Assembly (NCBI GenBank): GCA_050010115.1
Contig: JBEKLQ010000005.1
Span: 13,895 to 77,894 of the forward strand
From: Acidimicrobiales bacterium
GTDB lineage: Bacteria > Actinomycetota > Acidimicrobiia > Acidimicrobiales > Bog-793
DNA: 64,000 bases
Reading direction: 5' to 3'
In this document: one piece after another, positions 8,812-18,236 of the stretch
Numbering within the stretch: the stretch's first letter is position 1
Layout of the letters: each line of letters opens with the position of its first letter
Notes under the pieces: model-generated
Database searches by the model: none
Seen by the model: the letters and a program-made list of their open reading frames with translations, nothing else
What the model was told of the DNA's origin: nothing
Translations under genes and position numbers: made by a program

Positions 8812-9708
8812 ATGGCAGACACGATCGAGCACGTCGGAGTGGTCGGATCCGGCCTGATGGGTTCGGGCATCGCCGAGGTGTGCGCCCGAGCGGGGTTGGA
8901 CGTGCTCGTGGTGGAAGTCGACTCGGCCGCGGCCGAGCGCGGACAGCAGCGTCTCGGCAACTCGCTGCAGACAGGGGCCCGCAGGGGAAAGCTGACTCAA
9001 GAAGAGGCAGACGACGCCTTTGCGAGGGTCCGGTACGACACCGACCTCGGCGAGATGGCCGACCGTGAGCTCGTGATCGAGGCGATCACCGAGGATGCTG
9101 CTGCCAAGGTGGCGTGCTTCAGGACGCTCGACGCCGTCGTCAGCTCTGAGCACGCGATCTTGGCGTCGAACACGTCGTCGATCCCGATCATGAAGCTGGC
9201 GACGGTCACGAAGCGTCCCGAGCAGGTGCTCGGCCTTCACTTCTTCAACCCCGTCCCCGTGCTGCGGCTCGTGGAGCTCGTGACGTCGTTGATGACGAGT
9301 GACGAGGTCATCGACCGGGCGACGGCGCTGGTGACCACCCAGCTCGACAAGACGGTGATCCGATCGCAGGACCGCGCCGGGTTTGTGGTGAACGCGTTGC
9401 TGATCCCGTACCTGTTGTCGTCGGTGAGGATGCTCGAGTCGGGTTTCGCCACCAGAGACGACATCGACGCCGGCATGGTGGAGGGCTGCGCCCATCCGAT
9501 GGGGCCGCTCGCTCTGTGCGATCTGATCGGTCTCGACACGATGCGGGCGGTGGCCGACTCGCTTTACGGGGAGTTCAAGGAGCCCCTGTACGCCCCGCCC
9601 CCCCTTCTGCTGCGCATGGTCGAGGCAGGGTTGATCGGGCGTAAGAGCGGCCGGGGCTTCTACGACTACGGCCGGTCAACGGCGAAGTCACAGCAGGCGC
9701 CGGCTTGA
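8812..9708 (+). CDS. 3-hydroxyacyl/3-hydroxybutyryl-CoA dehydrogenase
   Basis: N-terminal Rossmann motif VGVVGSGLMGSGIAEV, conserved SNTSSIPI and HFFNPVPVLRLVE motifs, and the C-terminal 3HCDH domain. Confidence 0.85.
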   Translation: MADTIEHVGVVGSGLMGSGIAEVCARAGLDVLVVEVDSAAAERGQQRLGNSLQTGARRGKLTQEEADDAFARVRYDTDLGEMADRELVIEAITEDAAAKVACFRTLDAVVSSEHAILASNTSSIPIMKLATVTKRPEQVLGLHFFNPVPVLRLVELVTSLMTSDEVIDRATALVTTQLDKTVIRSQDRAGFVVNALLIPYLLSSVRMLESGFATRDDIDAGMVEGCAHPMGPLALCDLIGLDTMRAVADSLYGEFKEPLYAPPPLLLRMVEAGLIGRKSGRGFYDYGRSTAKSQQAPA

Positions 9709-10076
9709 GCGAGCCGGTTATCGCTGAGCGCGAGACCGAGGAGCGGCCCTGGGGCAGCTACGTCGTGCTCGACGAAGTTGCCGACCACAAGGTCAAGCGG
9801 ATCGTCGTGCAACCGAACAGGCGGCTAAGCCTGCAGGTGCACCGGCGCCGGTCTGAGCACTGGTTCGTCGTGCGGGGCTCGGGTGCCATCACGCTCGGCG
9901 ATGCTCTCGTGACGGTCGGTCCGGGCGATTCGGTCGACATCCCCGTCGGTATGGCGCACCGGGTCGAGAACACCGGGGACTCCGAGCTTGTCTTCATCGA
10001 GGTCCAGCATGGCGGGTCGTTCGGCGAGGACGACATCGTGCGCATCGAGGATGACTTCGGGCGGCCTACGAACTGA
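9705..10076 (+). CDS. cupin-domain protein (type II phosphomannose isomerase C-terminal-like)
   Basis: 123-aa ORF. ERPWGSYVVL ... KRIVVQPNRRLSLQVHRRRSEHWFVVRG ... HRVEN is the cupin metal-site pattern. The TTG start overlaps the upstream stop (TTGA). Confidence 0.7.
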   Translation: MSEPVIAERETEERPWGSYVVLDEVADHKVKRIVVQPNRRLSLQVHRRRSEHWFVVRGSGAITLGDALVTVGPGDSVDIPVGMAHRVENTGDSELVFIEVQHGGSFGEDDIVRIEDDFGRPTN

Positions 10077-10116
10077 GTGCCCCCGGTCGTCACACCGCCA
10101 GTGGCGAAGGACAGTA

Positions 10117-11466
10117 CTAGTCCTCGAACACCACGGGGAGCTCGATGAGACCTCGCAGGGTGATCCGGTTGCGGAACACCGGCGAGTCGGTCGCGAGCTC
10201 GATCGATGAGAAGCGTCGGAGCATCCGGTCGAACGCCACCTGGCCCTCGGCTCGAGCGAGTGATGCCCCGAGGCAGAAGTGGATGCCGCTGGCGAAGCTC
10301 ATGGGGGGGCCTTCGTCGCGCCGCAAGTCGAGGGACTCCGGGTCGGCGAAGTGCTCCGGGTCCCGGTTGGCAGCACCGAGCGCGGTGACGATCTCACCGC
10401 CGGCGGGCACGATCACCCCCCCGAGGTTGACCTCGGAGAACACGTGGCGGCCGTCGAACTGGACCGGGCTGTCGTAACGGAGCAGTTCCTCCACCGCTGC
10501 TCGCATGGTGGGGCCTCCGTGTCCCGTCCCGGAAGCGCCTTCAGCGGCGAGATCCTGGCGGAGCCGGGCGAGTTGCTCCGGGTGTCGGAGCAGAGCGAGC
10601 AGGCCGTTGCCGATCAGGTTCGTCGTCGTCTCGAAGCCGGCTCCGAACAACAAGATCGCCGTCGAGATCAATTCGAGCTCGGTGAGCTTGTCCGAGCCCT
10701 CCTCGACCTTGATGAGCTCGCTCAGCAGATCGTCGCCAGGCTCGGTCCGGCGTACTGCCACGAGAGCACGGAAATATGCCTCGAGCTCGGCCTGGGCCTC
10801 GAACGCGGCCTCGATCTCGTCCTCGGCGATGACGGGCTCGAGCAGCACCGTCGCACGGCTCACGACCTCACGAAACCGCGGCCAGTCACTCGACGGCACG
10901 CCGAGCATCCTCGAGATGACTGCCACCGGCAGGCGATACGCCAGGGCCTCCATGACGTCGGTGATCTCGCCCGTCGGGATGCGGTCCAGCAGGTCGTCCA
11001 CGAGCTCGACGATGTGAGGGCGCAGGCGCTGGACCGTACGAGGTGTGAATGCCTTGCTCACGAGCCCGCGCAACCGGGTGTGATCAGGTGGGTTGAGGAA
11101 CAGCATGGAGCGCCGGTCGGAGAGCAGCTCCTCGATCTTCGGGAAGATCTCCAGGTGGCCGAAACGCTCCCGCACCCGCTCCTCCCGGTTCGCCTCCTCC
11201 TTACCGAGACGCGGGTCACGAAGCGCCAGCTGGCACTCCTTGTACCTCGTGCACACGAAGAAACCCAACCCCGACCGGTGCACCGGCGCCGCCTCCCGCA
11301 GGGCCCGGTACCGAGCGTAGGGGTCCTGGCGACCCTCTGGCGTGCCGATCGTCTCGAGGAACAACGCATCGAGCTCCGGGACCTCGGCGGGCCAGGCACT
11401 GGCGTCGGAACCGGAGCGCGTGGAGCCAGCGGGGGGTCGGGCTCTCTCGATCGACGTGTCAGTCAT
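10117..11466 (-). CDS. cytochrome P450
   Basis: Cys-ligand loop FASGIHFCLGASLAR, ExxR motif (EELLRYDSP) and I-helix AGFETT. The ATG at 11466 (MTDTSIER) was chosen; the 68-codon upstream extension of the ORF looks non-coding. Confidence 0.9.
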   Translation of the reverse strand: MTDTSIERARPPAGSTRSGSDASAWPAEVPELDALFLETIGTPEGRQDPYARYRALREAAPVHRSGLGFFVCTRYKECQLALRDPRLGKEEANREERVRERFGHLEIFPKIEELLSDRRSMLFLNPPDHTRLRGLVSKAFTPRTVQRLRPHIVELVDDLLDRIPTGEITDVMEALAYRLPVAVISRMLGVPSSDWPRFREVVSRATVLLEPVIAEDEIEAAFEAQAELEAYFRALVAVRRTEPGDDLLSELIKVEEGSDKLTELELISTAILLFGAGFETTTNLIGNGLLALLRHPEQLARLRQDLAAEGASGTGHGGPTMRAAVEELLRYDSPVQFDGRHVFSEVNLGGVIVPAGGEIVTALGAANRDPEHFADPESLDLRRDEGPPMSFASGIHFCLGASLARAEGQVAFDRMLRRFSSIELATDSPVFRNRITLRGLIELPVVFED

Positions 11467-11526
11467 CTGCCTGCGAACTGTAGCCGTGGCACCTGTCCCC
11501 CAGTGGGCGGACTGGCTTCCCGGGAC

Positions 11527-11555
11527 TTGACAAGGGAGCTGTCGAGAGATATATT
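11527..11555 (+). promoter_or_regulatory. sigma-A-type promoter candidate (TTGACA-17 nt-TATATT) for the ArsR-MFS-reductase operon
   Basis: TTGACA at 11527-11532, exactly 17 nt of spacer, TATATT at 11550-11555. It lies in the P450/ArsR divergent intergenic region. Two direct GAGAGAT heptamers (11544-11550 and 11558-11564) bracket the -10. Confidence 0.4.
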
Positions 11556-11702
11556 GCGAGAGATGACTCTCAAGAGAAACACTGCGAAGAAGGGACGGCA
11601 CACCGCACGCCGCCGCCGCTGGTGGGTGCTCGATGGCGCGTGGCCGCGGCCGTGGCCGTCCGAGACGCAAGGTCCGCTGATTCCGGCGTCCTTGCCGCCG
11701 CG

Positions 11703-12341
11703 ATGAGCGAGCCTCACAAAAAAGAGGCGGACGAAGCCGGATCGCAGGCTGGCGAACGTCGTGCGAGAATTGGCGAGCCCAAGCACTTGACCAGTGCGCG
11801 TGAGCTCAGGGCGATCACCCATCCGGTGCGGCTGGCCCTGCTCGAAGCGCTCGGGCTGCACGATGCGCTCACTGCTACCGAGGCCGGGGAGTTGATCGGA
11901 GAGTCGCCGACGACGTGCTCATTCCACCTCCGCCAGCTCGCCAAGTACGGATTCGTCACAGAAGCAGGCGCCGGGCCAGGCCGCCGGAGGCCGTGGAAGC
12001 TGGCGGCGATCGACATACGTCTTTCACCTGCCGATGGGGACCCGGAGATGAACATCGCGGCAGCCTCCCTGGAGCGGATGCTCGTGAGCCGCTGGTTCGA
12101 CCGATTCTCGAAATGGGAGGTGGCCCGCAGTCACTACCCCGTTGAGTGGCAGCGCTCGGCCATCGGTATCGAGAGCCTGCTCCATCTGACGCCGGGTGAG
12201 CTCGAAGAGCTCAAGTCAGGGTTCGTCGCCTTGCTCGAGCCCTTCGTTCCCCGCAACCTCGACCCATCGCTCCGGCCAGCAGAGTCGCGGCCAGTCGAGG
12301 TGTTGACCTTCGCCTATCCCTTCGTTGGCGGAGCCGGGTGA
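11703..12341 (+). CDS. ArsR-family winged-helix transcriptional regulator
   Basis: RAITHPVRLALLEAL ... LTATEAGELIGESPTTCSFHLRQLAKYGFV is a typical ArsR HTH. The ATG at 11703 was chosen; the alternative is the upstream in-frame start at 11622 (the ORF-track start). Its stop overlaps the MFS GTG (GTGA). Confidence 0.75.
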   Translation: MSEPHKKEADEAGSQAGERRARIGEPKHLTSARELRAITHPVRLALLEALGLHDALTATEAGELIGESPTTCSFHLRQLAKYGFVTEAGAGPGRRRPWKLAAIDIRLSPADGDPEMNIAAASLERMLVSRWFDRFSKWEVARSHYPVEWQRSAIGIESLLHLTPGELEELKSGFVALLEPFVPRNLDPSLRPAESRPVEVLTFAYPFVGGAG

Positions 12342-13675
12342 AGCGTCTGCTCGCCAGCCGCAACGCCCGCCTGTACCTGAGCGGGCAGGTCTTCTCGCTG
12401 TTCGGCGACGTCGCCCTCTGGCTGGCGATGGGCATATGGGTGAAGGAGCTCACCGGCAGCTCGGGCGAGGCCGGCCTCACGTTCTTCTTCTTCGGCTTGG
12501 CAACGCTGCTGGCGCCCCTCGCCGGCCTCATCGTCGATCGGGTACGACGGCGCCCGCTCCTCATCGCCGCCAACCTGACCGGGGCGGTGATCGTCCTCGG
12601 CCTCCTCGGCGTGCACGACCGCCGTCAGGTCTGGCTGATCTGGCTCGTCATGTTCTTGTACGGGACGGTGTACGCGTTCCTCAGCTCCGCGCAGTCCGCG
12701 CTCCTGGTCACGATGCTCCACGAGGACCAGCTGGCGGACGCCAACGGGTTCTTGCAGACCGCCCGTGAGGGGCTCAGGCTCGTCGGGCCGTTGACGGGGG
12801 CCGGGCTGTTCGCCGCCTTCGGCGGAGCGACGGTGGCGATCATGGACTCGGCCACGTTCGTCATCGCGGCGGCTGCGCTCTCCCTCGTCCACTTGACGGA
12901 GGAAAAGCCCGTCCCGACTGAGCAGCACTGGTTTGCCGAGGTCACGGCGGGAGTCACGCACCTGTGGCGCACGATCGTGCTGCGCCAGTTCGTCGTGGCC
13001 GTGGCGATCGCGTGCCTGGTGTTCGGAATGTTCGAGTCCATCGCCTTCGCCGTCGTCGGCCAGGGTCTTCACCGGCCCCCCACGTTCCTCGGGGTCGTCA
13101 TCGCTGTGCAGGGGATCGGTGCCGTCGTCGGCGGGGTGCTGTCGGCGCGGCTGATCAAACGCTTCGGCGAGGGTCCGGTCGGCGGCATCGGGTTGGTGGC
13201 GGCCGCCGTCGGATCCGTGCTCTTCCTGGTCGGTGGCCTGCCGGCGGTGTTCGCAGGTGCCATCGTGCTCGGCGCCAGCCTGCCCCCGATCATCGTCGCC
13301 TTTATGACCTCGCTGCAGCGACGGACGCCGATGGAGCTGCAGGGCCGCACGTCGTCCGCCGCCGACACGCTCACGTCGGTGCCGCAGACGATCTCGATCG
13401 CCGTCGGGGCGATCCTCGTCAGCATCGTGGACTACCGGTACCTGCTCGCTGCCATCGCAGTGGTCGTCCTGCTGGCGGCCGTCTACCTCCTGACGCGGCG
13501 CGAGCAGTGGGAGCGGCTCCCGCTGGCAGCAGCGGTACCGGTGCTCGGCGAGGCGGTGTTGGAGCTCGCGAGCGACTCGGAGCTTTTCGCACCGGGTGGA
13601 TCGGCGGCTACGTTCGAGTCGTTGGGCGAGAGCGTGTCGCCCGGAGAGACGACAGAGACCACAGAGATGGGGTAA
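12338..13675 (+). CDS. MFS transporter
   Basis: 445-aa ORF with about 12 TM segments and the MFS loop motif GLIVDRVRRRPLL after TM2. Confidence 0.85.
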   Translation: MKRLLASRNARLYLSGQVFSLFGDVALWLAMGIWVKELTGSSGEAGLTFFFFGLATLLAPLAGLIVDRVRRRPLLIAANLTGAVIVLGLLGVHDRRQVWLIWLVMFLYGTVYAFLSSAQSALLVTMLHEDQLADANGFLQTAREGLRLVGPLTGAGLFAAFGGATVAIMDSATFVIAAAALSLVHLTEEKPVPTEQHWFAEVTAGVTHLWRTIVLRQFVVAVAIACLVFGMFESIAFAVVGQGLHRPPTFLGVVIAVQGIGAVVGGVLSARLIKRFGEGPVGGIGLVAAAVGSVLFLVGGLPAVFAGAIVLGASLPPIIVAFMTSLQRRTPMELQGRTSSAADTLTSVPQTISIAVGAILVSIVDYRYLLAAIAVVVLLAAVYLLTRREQWERLPLAAAVPVLGEAVLELASDSELFAPGGSAATFESLGESVSPGETTETTEMG

Positions 13676-13680
13676 CCCGA

Positions 13681-15012
13681 ATGCCGTCACGATCCATCGC
13701 CGTCGTCGGTGCGGGGCTGGCAGGGATGCGGGCATGTGAGGGGTTACGGGCTCGAGGCTTCGACGGCCGGATCACGCTGATCGGCGATGAGCCGCACGCG
13801 CCGTACGACCGGCCGCCGCTGTCGAAGCAGTTTCTCGCCGGTGAGTGGGGGATTGACCGGGTCATGCTGCAGACGAGCGACCAGCTCGGCGCGTTGGAGC
13901 TCGACCTCCGTCTCGGTCCGCCTCACCGTGCCATTGGGCTCGATCTCGGGGAGCGCCGCCTCTCGCTCGCTGGTGGCGCTGTCGTCGCCTTCGACGGCCT
14001 CGTGGTGGCCACCGGATCACACGCGCGCCGGCTTCCGGGCATCAGCGACCTGCGCGGGACCCACGTGCTCCGGACGCTCGACGATGCCATCGCGTTGCGC
14101 GACGGGCTCTCCCGACCCGGCGTCCACCTCGGGCTGGCGGGCGCCGGGTTCATCGGGCTCGAGGTGGCGGCCACCGCCCGCAGGCTTGGCGCGGAGGTGA
14201 CCATCGTCGAGCCGCTGGACGTTCCGCTCGGGCGGGTGCTCGGTCCGGTGGCCGGCCGGGCGTGCGAGGCCATGCACCGGGACGAGGGCGTCCGGTTCCA
14301 CCTCGAGACGACTATTGAATCCGCCGAGGTGTCCGAGCACGCACCTGTCTCGGCCGGCGGCGCCGCCAGCGCCGCTACCGACTCTGGCCCGATCCGCTGC
14401 CGCCTGTCCGACGGCACGACGCTCGAGGTCGACGCTCTTCTCGTTGGCATCGGAGCGGCGCCGTCGGTGGAATGGCTCCACGGCTCGGGCCTACGGGCTG
14501 ACTCGGACGGCGTGCGTTGCGACGAGTCGCTCGTAACGGCGCCCGGCGTCGTCGTCGCCGGCGACGTCGCGCGCTGGCCGCTGCGAGGCGCCGGCGGGAT
14601 GCGTCCGGCCACCCCCGGGCCTGCTGGTGCTGCGGACGAAACGGTCCGGGTGGAGCACCGCACGAACGCCGCCGAGCAGGGTGACGTGGCCGCAGCGAGC
14701 CTGCTGACCAATCTCGGATGGCTCGTCGCGCCCTCCGCTGATGCCGCTGAGGGCCCGCCGGCGTATCTCGTGCCCTACGTCTGGTCTGACCAGTTCGACG
14801 TGAAGATCCAAGTGCTCGGCCTACCCCGGCCGGACGACGAGGTGGTCGTGGTTGACGGGGACCTGGCGGAGCGTCGGTTTGTGCTCCTGCATGGTCGCGG
14901 GGGGCGGCTGGAGGCGGTGGTGGGTTTCCGGAGGCCGCGGATAGTCATGTCGCTCCGGCCTCTCCTGGAGCGTCGGGCCACGCTCGAGGAGGCCATCGCG
15001 CACGTCGGCTGA
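13681..15012 (+). CDS. FAD/NAD(P)-dependent ferredoxin reductase-type oxidoreductase
   Basis: IAVVGAGLAGMRA (FAD GxGxxG), PYDRPPLSK and a second dinucleotide fold LAGAGFIGLEVAA. The ATG at 13681 lies 5 nt after the MFS stop. The 12964 ORF start lies inside the MFS gene and is rejected. Confidence 0.85.
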   Translation: MPSRSIAVVGAGLAGMRACEGLRARGFDGRITLIGDEPHAPYDRPPLSKQFLAGEWGIDRVMLQTSDQLGALELDLRLGPPHRAIGLDLGERRLSLAGGAVVAFDGLVVATGSHARRLPGISDLRGTHVLRTLDDAIALRDGLSRPGVHLGLAGAGFIGLEVAATARRLGAEVTIVEPLDVPLGRVLGPVAGRACEAMHRDEGVRFHLETTIESAEVSEHAPVSAGGAASAATDSGPIRCRLSDGTTLEVDALLVGIGAAPSVEWLHGSGLRADSDGVRCDESLVTAPGVVVAGDVARWPLRGAGGMRPATPGPAGAADETVRVEHRTNAAEQGDVAAASLLTNLGWLVAPSADAAEGPPAYLVPYVWSDQFDVKIQVLGLPRPDDEVVVVDGDLAERRFVLLHGRGGRLEAVVGFRRPRIVMSLRPLLERRATLEEAIAHVG

Positions 15013-15055
15013 CTCGCGTGCAGCATGCCCGCTCTGCAGTCGAGGGTGCCGCGAG

Positions 15056-17311
15056 CTAGCCCGCAGGCGTCGACGGCACGATCCGCCCGCCGCTCGCGGC
15101 CGCACGACCCGGCCCGCCGCTCCGTCCCAATGCCGAGCGGAGCGAGTTCACGGTCGCCTCGGCGGAAGCACGCTCGTCGGCCGACGGCTCCCGGCCGGCG
15201 TACGCTGCGGCCGAGATCACCTCGACGACCCGGCGCAGGTCGTCTGCTCGAACGGCATGGGTGGCTTGGCTCAGCCGGCCCGAATACTCCGTCAGCGTCT
15301 CGGCCGGTTGGCGAGCGATACCGGAGCGAGCGCCGGCCCGTTCGAGGCGCAGAGCCAGGCGACCGGCCCACGTCGGGGGCAAGGCACGCCTGCGCCGGAT
15401 CACGTAGCGGCGGGCGAAGACCGCTGCAGCGAGGCCGCCTGCCGAACCGATCGGCAACCAGGGCAGGCCCGCCAGCAGGTGACCGAGGTCCGACAGCAGC
15501 ACAGCGCCCGGGTCGGCCGGCGCGAGCGGCACGTAGGCCGTGGGGTCGAAGCTCTGCCACCCTTGCCCGGGGAAGAAGACCTGTACCCAAGCGTGCGCGT
15601 CCTTGGCCTGGATCTCGTACAGATCGCTCAACGGGTCGAACGGACCTGGCACGTATCCGGTCGCCTCCCGGGACGGGACACCGAGCGAGCGCAGCATCAC
15701 GGCGAGCGCCGTCGAGATCTGCTCGCAGTAACCGACCCGGCTGCCGAAGAGGAACTGGTTCACGGCGTCTTGGCCGGGCAGCAGTGGCGGGATGTTGGTC
15801 GAGTACTCGGTATGGGCGCCGATCCACGTCTCGAGCGCCTGGATCTCGCCGACGAGCGTGGTCGAGTGCGCTTTGGCCACGATCGAGTGGGCGAGTGCTC
15901 TCACCCTCGCATACGGGTTCGGCGACGGCAGCTCCAGGTCGGCGGCGAATGTCCTGCGAAGGTACGGGCTGTCGAACACGCTAGCCGGCACGTCGCGGAG
16001 CTCCGATGGCGTCACCTCGGTGTCCTGTGAGATGACGGTGTACACGGTGCCAGGTGTCATCGCGACGGTCGAACGGACCGAGTTGTCGCAGCCGAACACA
16101 AGACTGTGGTCGGGGAAGTAGATCTGCGTCGGCACCGAAGTGGCGAACAAGACGTTAGGGAGCGGCTGCAGCACGTAGAAGGTCTGGACGTTCGGTTGGC
16201 CGCCGAGGTCGAGGCTGCTCCGGACTACCGGTGTGCCGCCGCCGTCCGGGGTCGTCGGCACCTGGAACGGTGATCCGGTGTCCTCCTCGGTGACCGGGCA
16301 GGCCTTCGGGTTGGTCCAGCTCTGGCCGTCCCACGACGAGTACGTCAGCCCCAGGAAGTATCCGGGCACGTCCGCACGCACTCTCATCACGACTTCGTTG
16401 CCGAGTGTCCCCCGGTCGGCGGTGTCGAGCGGTCCGTCCATCCCGACGAAGCCACCGATCCCGATCTGCCCACCCGGCCGCCCCGCTTGGGCGGGCTCGG
16501 TCGGGTTGCCACTGCCTTGCGTCAGGCCTCCTCCTGACGGCAGCGCCAGGTAGGACGTCAGTGAGCTCGGGAGCGTGATCTCCTGCGAGGCTCGCGGTGG
16601 CGGGAGCACCAACTCGAGCATGACGGCCACGACGAGGATGATGACGGTCGCTCCGAGAAGGCCGACCGCCGGCAATCGCCCTTGGCCGCCCGACATCGAT
16701 CGCCACGAGCAGCCGAGGGCGATCATCGACGTGACCAGCCACACGGCGACGAACGCGAGAAACTCGCCCGACACCGCCTGCGCTGCCGCCACCGTCACCA
16801 GGGCTGCGGCGGCGGCAACGGAGAAGAGCAGGTCGCGACGGGCCGGAACGTCGAAGGCGTGCACGACCTGGACCCACGTGAACAAGCCAGCGAGCGGCAC
16901 CTCGATCGAGCTCAACTCACCGGTGCGGGCGGCGCCGAACACCTGCGACACGAATTGGCCGAAGACGAAGATGACCGCGAGAGCGAGGAGGATCTTCACC
17001 CACTGCCACGGGCGTCGCCGCGTGGCGGCGGAGAACACCATCCCGACCGAGATCGCCGTAGCCGCCACCAGTGCTGAGGCGACGGACAGCTCGCCCACCG
17101 AGGTGCAGGCAAAGACTCCCGTCAGGACGGCTACGAGTGTGGCGCAGCGAAACAGCAAGGAATGCTCGGGCGCCTGCGGCGCGTTGGCCCTGCGCACCAT
17201 CTCAACCAACCCGGTGCGCTCGTCACCACCGGCTGCGGTGGCCGGGCGCGCTTGGCGCACCATGCTTGCGTGGCCGCCTGCCCCAGGCTGCACGCCGGGT
17301 TCTTCGGTCAT
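15056..17311 (-). CDS. transglutaminase-domain membrane protein (TgpA/DUF3488-like)
   Basis: An N-terminal multi-TM region and a C-terminal transglutaminase core: GYCEQISTALAVMLRSLGVPSR ... DAHAWVQVFFPGQGWQSFDPT (Cys-His-Asp). Confidence 0.85.
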   Translation of the reverse strand: MTEEPGVQPGAGGHASMVRQARPATAAGGDERTGLVEMVRRANAPQAPEHSLLFRCATLVAVLTGVFACTSVGELSVASALVAATAISVGMVFSAATRRRPWQWVKILLALAVIFVFGQFVSQVFGAARTGELSSIEVPLAGLFTWVQVVHAFDVPARRDLLFSVAAAAALVTVAAAQAVSGEFLAFVAVWLVTSMIALGCSWRSMSGGQGRLPAVGLLGATVIILVVAVMLELVLPPPRASQEITLPSSLTSYLALPSGGGLTQGSGNPTEPAQAGRPGGQIGIGGFVGMDGPLDTADRGTLGNEVVMRVRADVPGYFLGLTYSSWDGQSWTNPKACPVTEEDTGSPFQVPTTPDGGGTPVVRSSLDLGGQPNVQTFYVLQPLPNVLFATSVPTQIYFPDHSLVFGCDNSVRSTVAMTPGTVYTVISQDTEVTPSELRDVPASVFDSPYLRRTFAADLELPSPNPYARVRALAHSIVAKAHSTTLVGEIQALETWIGAHTEYSTNIPPLLPGQDAVNQFLFGSRVGYCEQISTALAVMLRSLGVPSREATGYVPGPFDPLSDLYEIQAKDAHAWVQVFFPGQGWQSFDPTAYVPLAPADPGAVLLSDLGHLLAGLPWLPIGSAGGLAAAVFARRYVIRRRRALPPTWAGRLALRLERAGARSGIARQPAETLTEYSGRLSQATHAVRADDLRRVVEVISAAAYAGREPSADERASAEATVNSLRSALGRSGGPGRAAASGGRIVPSTPAG

Positions 17312-18222
17312 CGTTGCCGCATCGGCGGTGAGATCAGGTCTGCGTACGGGTTGGTCCCGGCGCGAGCCAGGCGGCGCCCAGCCTGCCGCCGGTCGGTGAC
17401 GGGCGCGGCCACGCGAGCTCCGTGCTCGATGGTCTCGAGCACCACGCGCTTGCCGTTGGCGAGCAGATCGATCACGGCACCCATTGCGTCGGACGCCTGG
17501 CGTTCGGCGGCGGCTGGATCCTCCGACAGCTCCGCGATCACCCGCACCGGGCTGTCAGGTTGCTGCTCGGTCTCGCGGACCATCAGCGAGGCGGTGTGCG
17601 CGGTGGCGCGCCAGTGCACGCGCCGCCGGCTGTCACCGTGGCGGTACGCCCGGACACCGCGCAAGTCGCCCGTGAGCGCGAGTACGGGACGACCTCGCCC
17701 TTCGTCCTCTCTCCCATCCTCCGAGCCGAAGACCACGCCTTGGCCATAGGTTGGGGCGACCTCGATCAATGTTGGCAGTAGGACGACACGATCAACGGAC
17801 CACCACAGCAGCCCGAGGGGAGCAGCCGTCCCCAGCCGTAGCCGGACGGCGGTCAGCACACCGCGGGTCGGTGGTGTGATGGTGAGCTCGCGAGCTTCGG
17901 TAGCCGGCACGACGGTCGCAGCACCGCCCGGTCGCCTCGCAGCACAGCGCAAGGGATGGTTCGCCACGACGCTGATCGTGAACGGTTCACCCGAGTTCGC
18001 ATCTCGGGGGCATTCGACGCAGGTGACTGTCAAGCGACGCGCCAACACCGCCGGCCCGACCATCCCCACTGCGGCCAGCCCGGTGGTCACGGCACCCATC
18101 GCTTGAACCCATCCTGAGCCGCTCGCGTGGGCGACCGCGGCGAATGCCACCAGCAAGAACAGCGCGGCCGCGACCGGGCCGAAGAATCGCTCGGGACGGG
18201 CCCGCCGGCGGTGCTGGCTCAT
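17308..18222 (-). CDS. DUF58-family protein
   Basis: The motif GVRAYRHGDSRRRVHWRATA is typical of DUF58, with two N-terminal TM segments. It overlaps the transglutaminase start by 4 nt and follows MoxR. Confidence 0.8.
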   Translation of the reverse strand: MSQHRRRARPERFFGPVAAALFLLVAFAAVAHASGSGWVQAMGAVTTGLAAVGMVGPAVLARRLTVTCVECPRDANSGEPFTISVVANHPLRCAARRPGGAATVVPATEARELTITPPTRGVLTAVRLRLGTAAPLGLLWWSVDRVVLLPTLIEVAPTYGQGVVFGSEDGREDEGRGRPVLALTGDLRGVRAYRHGDSRRRVHWRATAHTASLMVRETEQQPDSPVRVIAELSEDPAAAERQASDAMGAVIDLLANGKRVVLETIEHGARVAAPVTDRRQAGRRLARAGTNPYADLISPPMRQR

Positions 18223-18236
18223 GCGCGCCGGGGCTG

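Noticed and set aside
7156-8960. Antisense ORFs 7156..8559 (-) and 7920..8960 (-) across xseA/xseB
   Set aside because: Low-complexity Arg/Ala/Pro-rich products with no motifs. The sense strand carries clear xseAB.
10279-11562. 475-aa plus-strand ORF antisense to the P450
   Set aside because: The P450 on the minus strand has all diagnostic motifs. Only the last 144 nt of this frame (11563-11706), outside the P450, were kept as a possible upstream ORF.
12964-13680. 5' extension of the ferredoxin-reductase ORF (682-aa version)
   Set aside because: The extension lies entirely inside the MFS gene in another frame and is Arg/Gly-rich. The Rossmann fold begins right after the ATG at 13681.
12314-13735. 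473-aa minus-strand ORF antisense to the MFS transporter
   Set aside because: Highly charged Arg/Asp/Glu-rich artefact. The sense strand encodes a 12-TM transporter.
14775-15984. ORFs 14775..15827 (-) and 15025..15984 (+) overlapping the reductase and transglutaminase genes
   Set aside because: Arg/Pro-rich low-complexity translations. They overlap well-supported genes.
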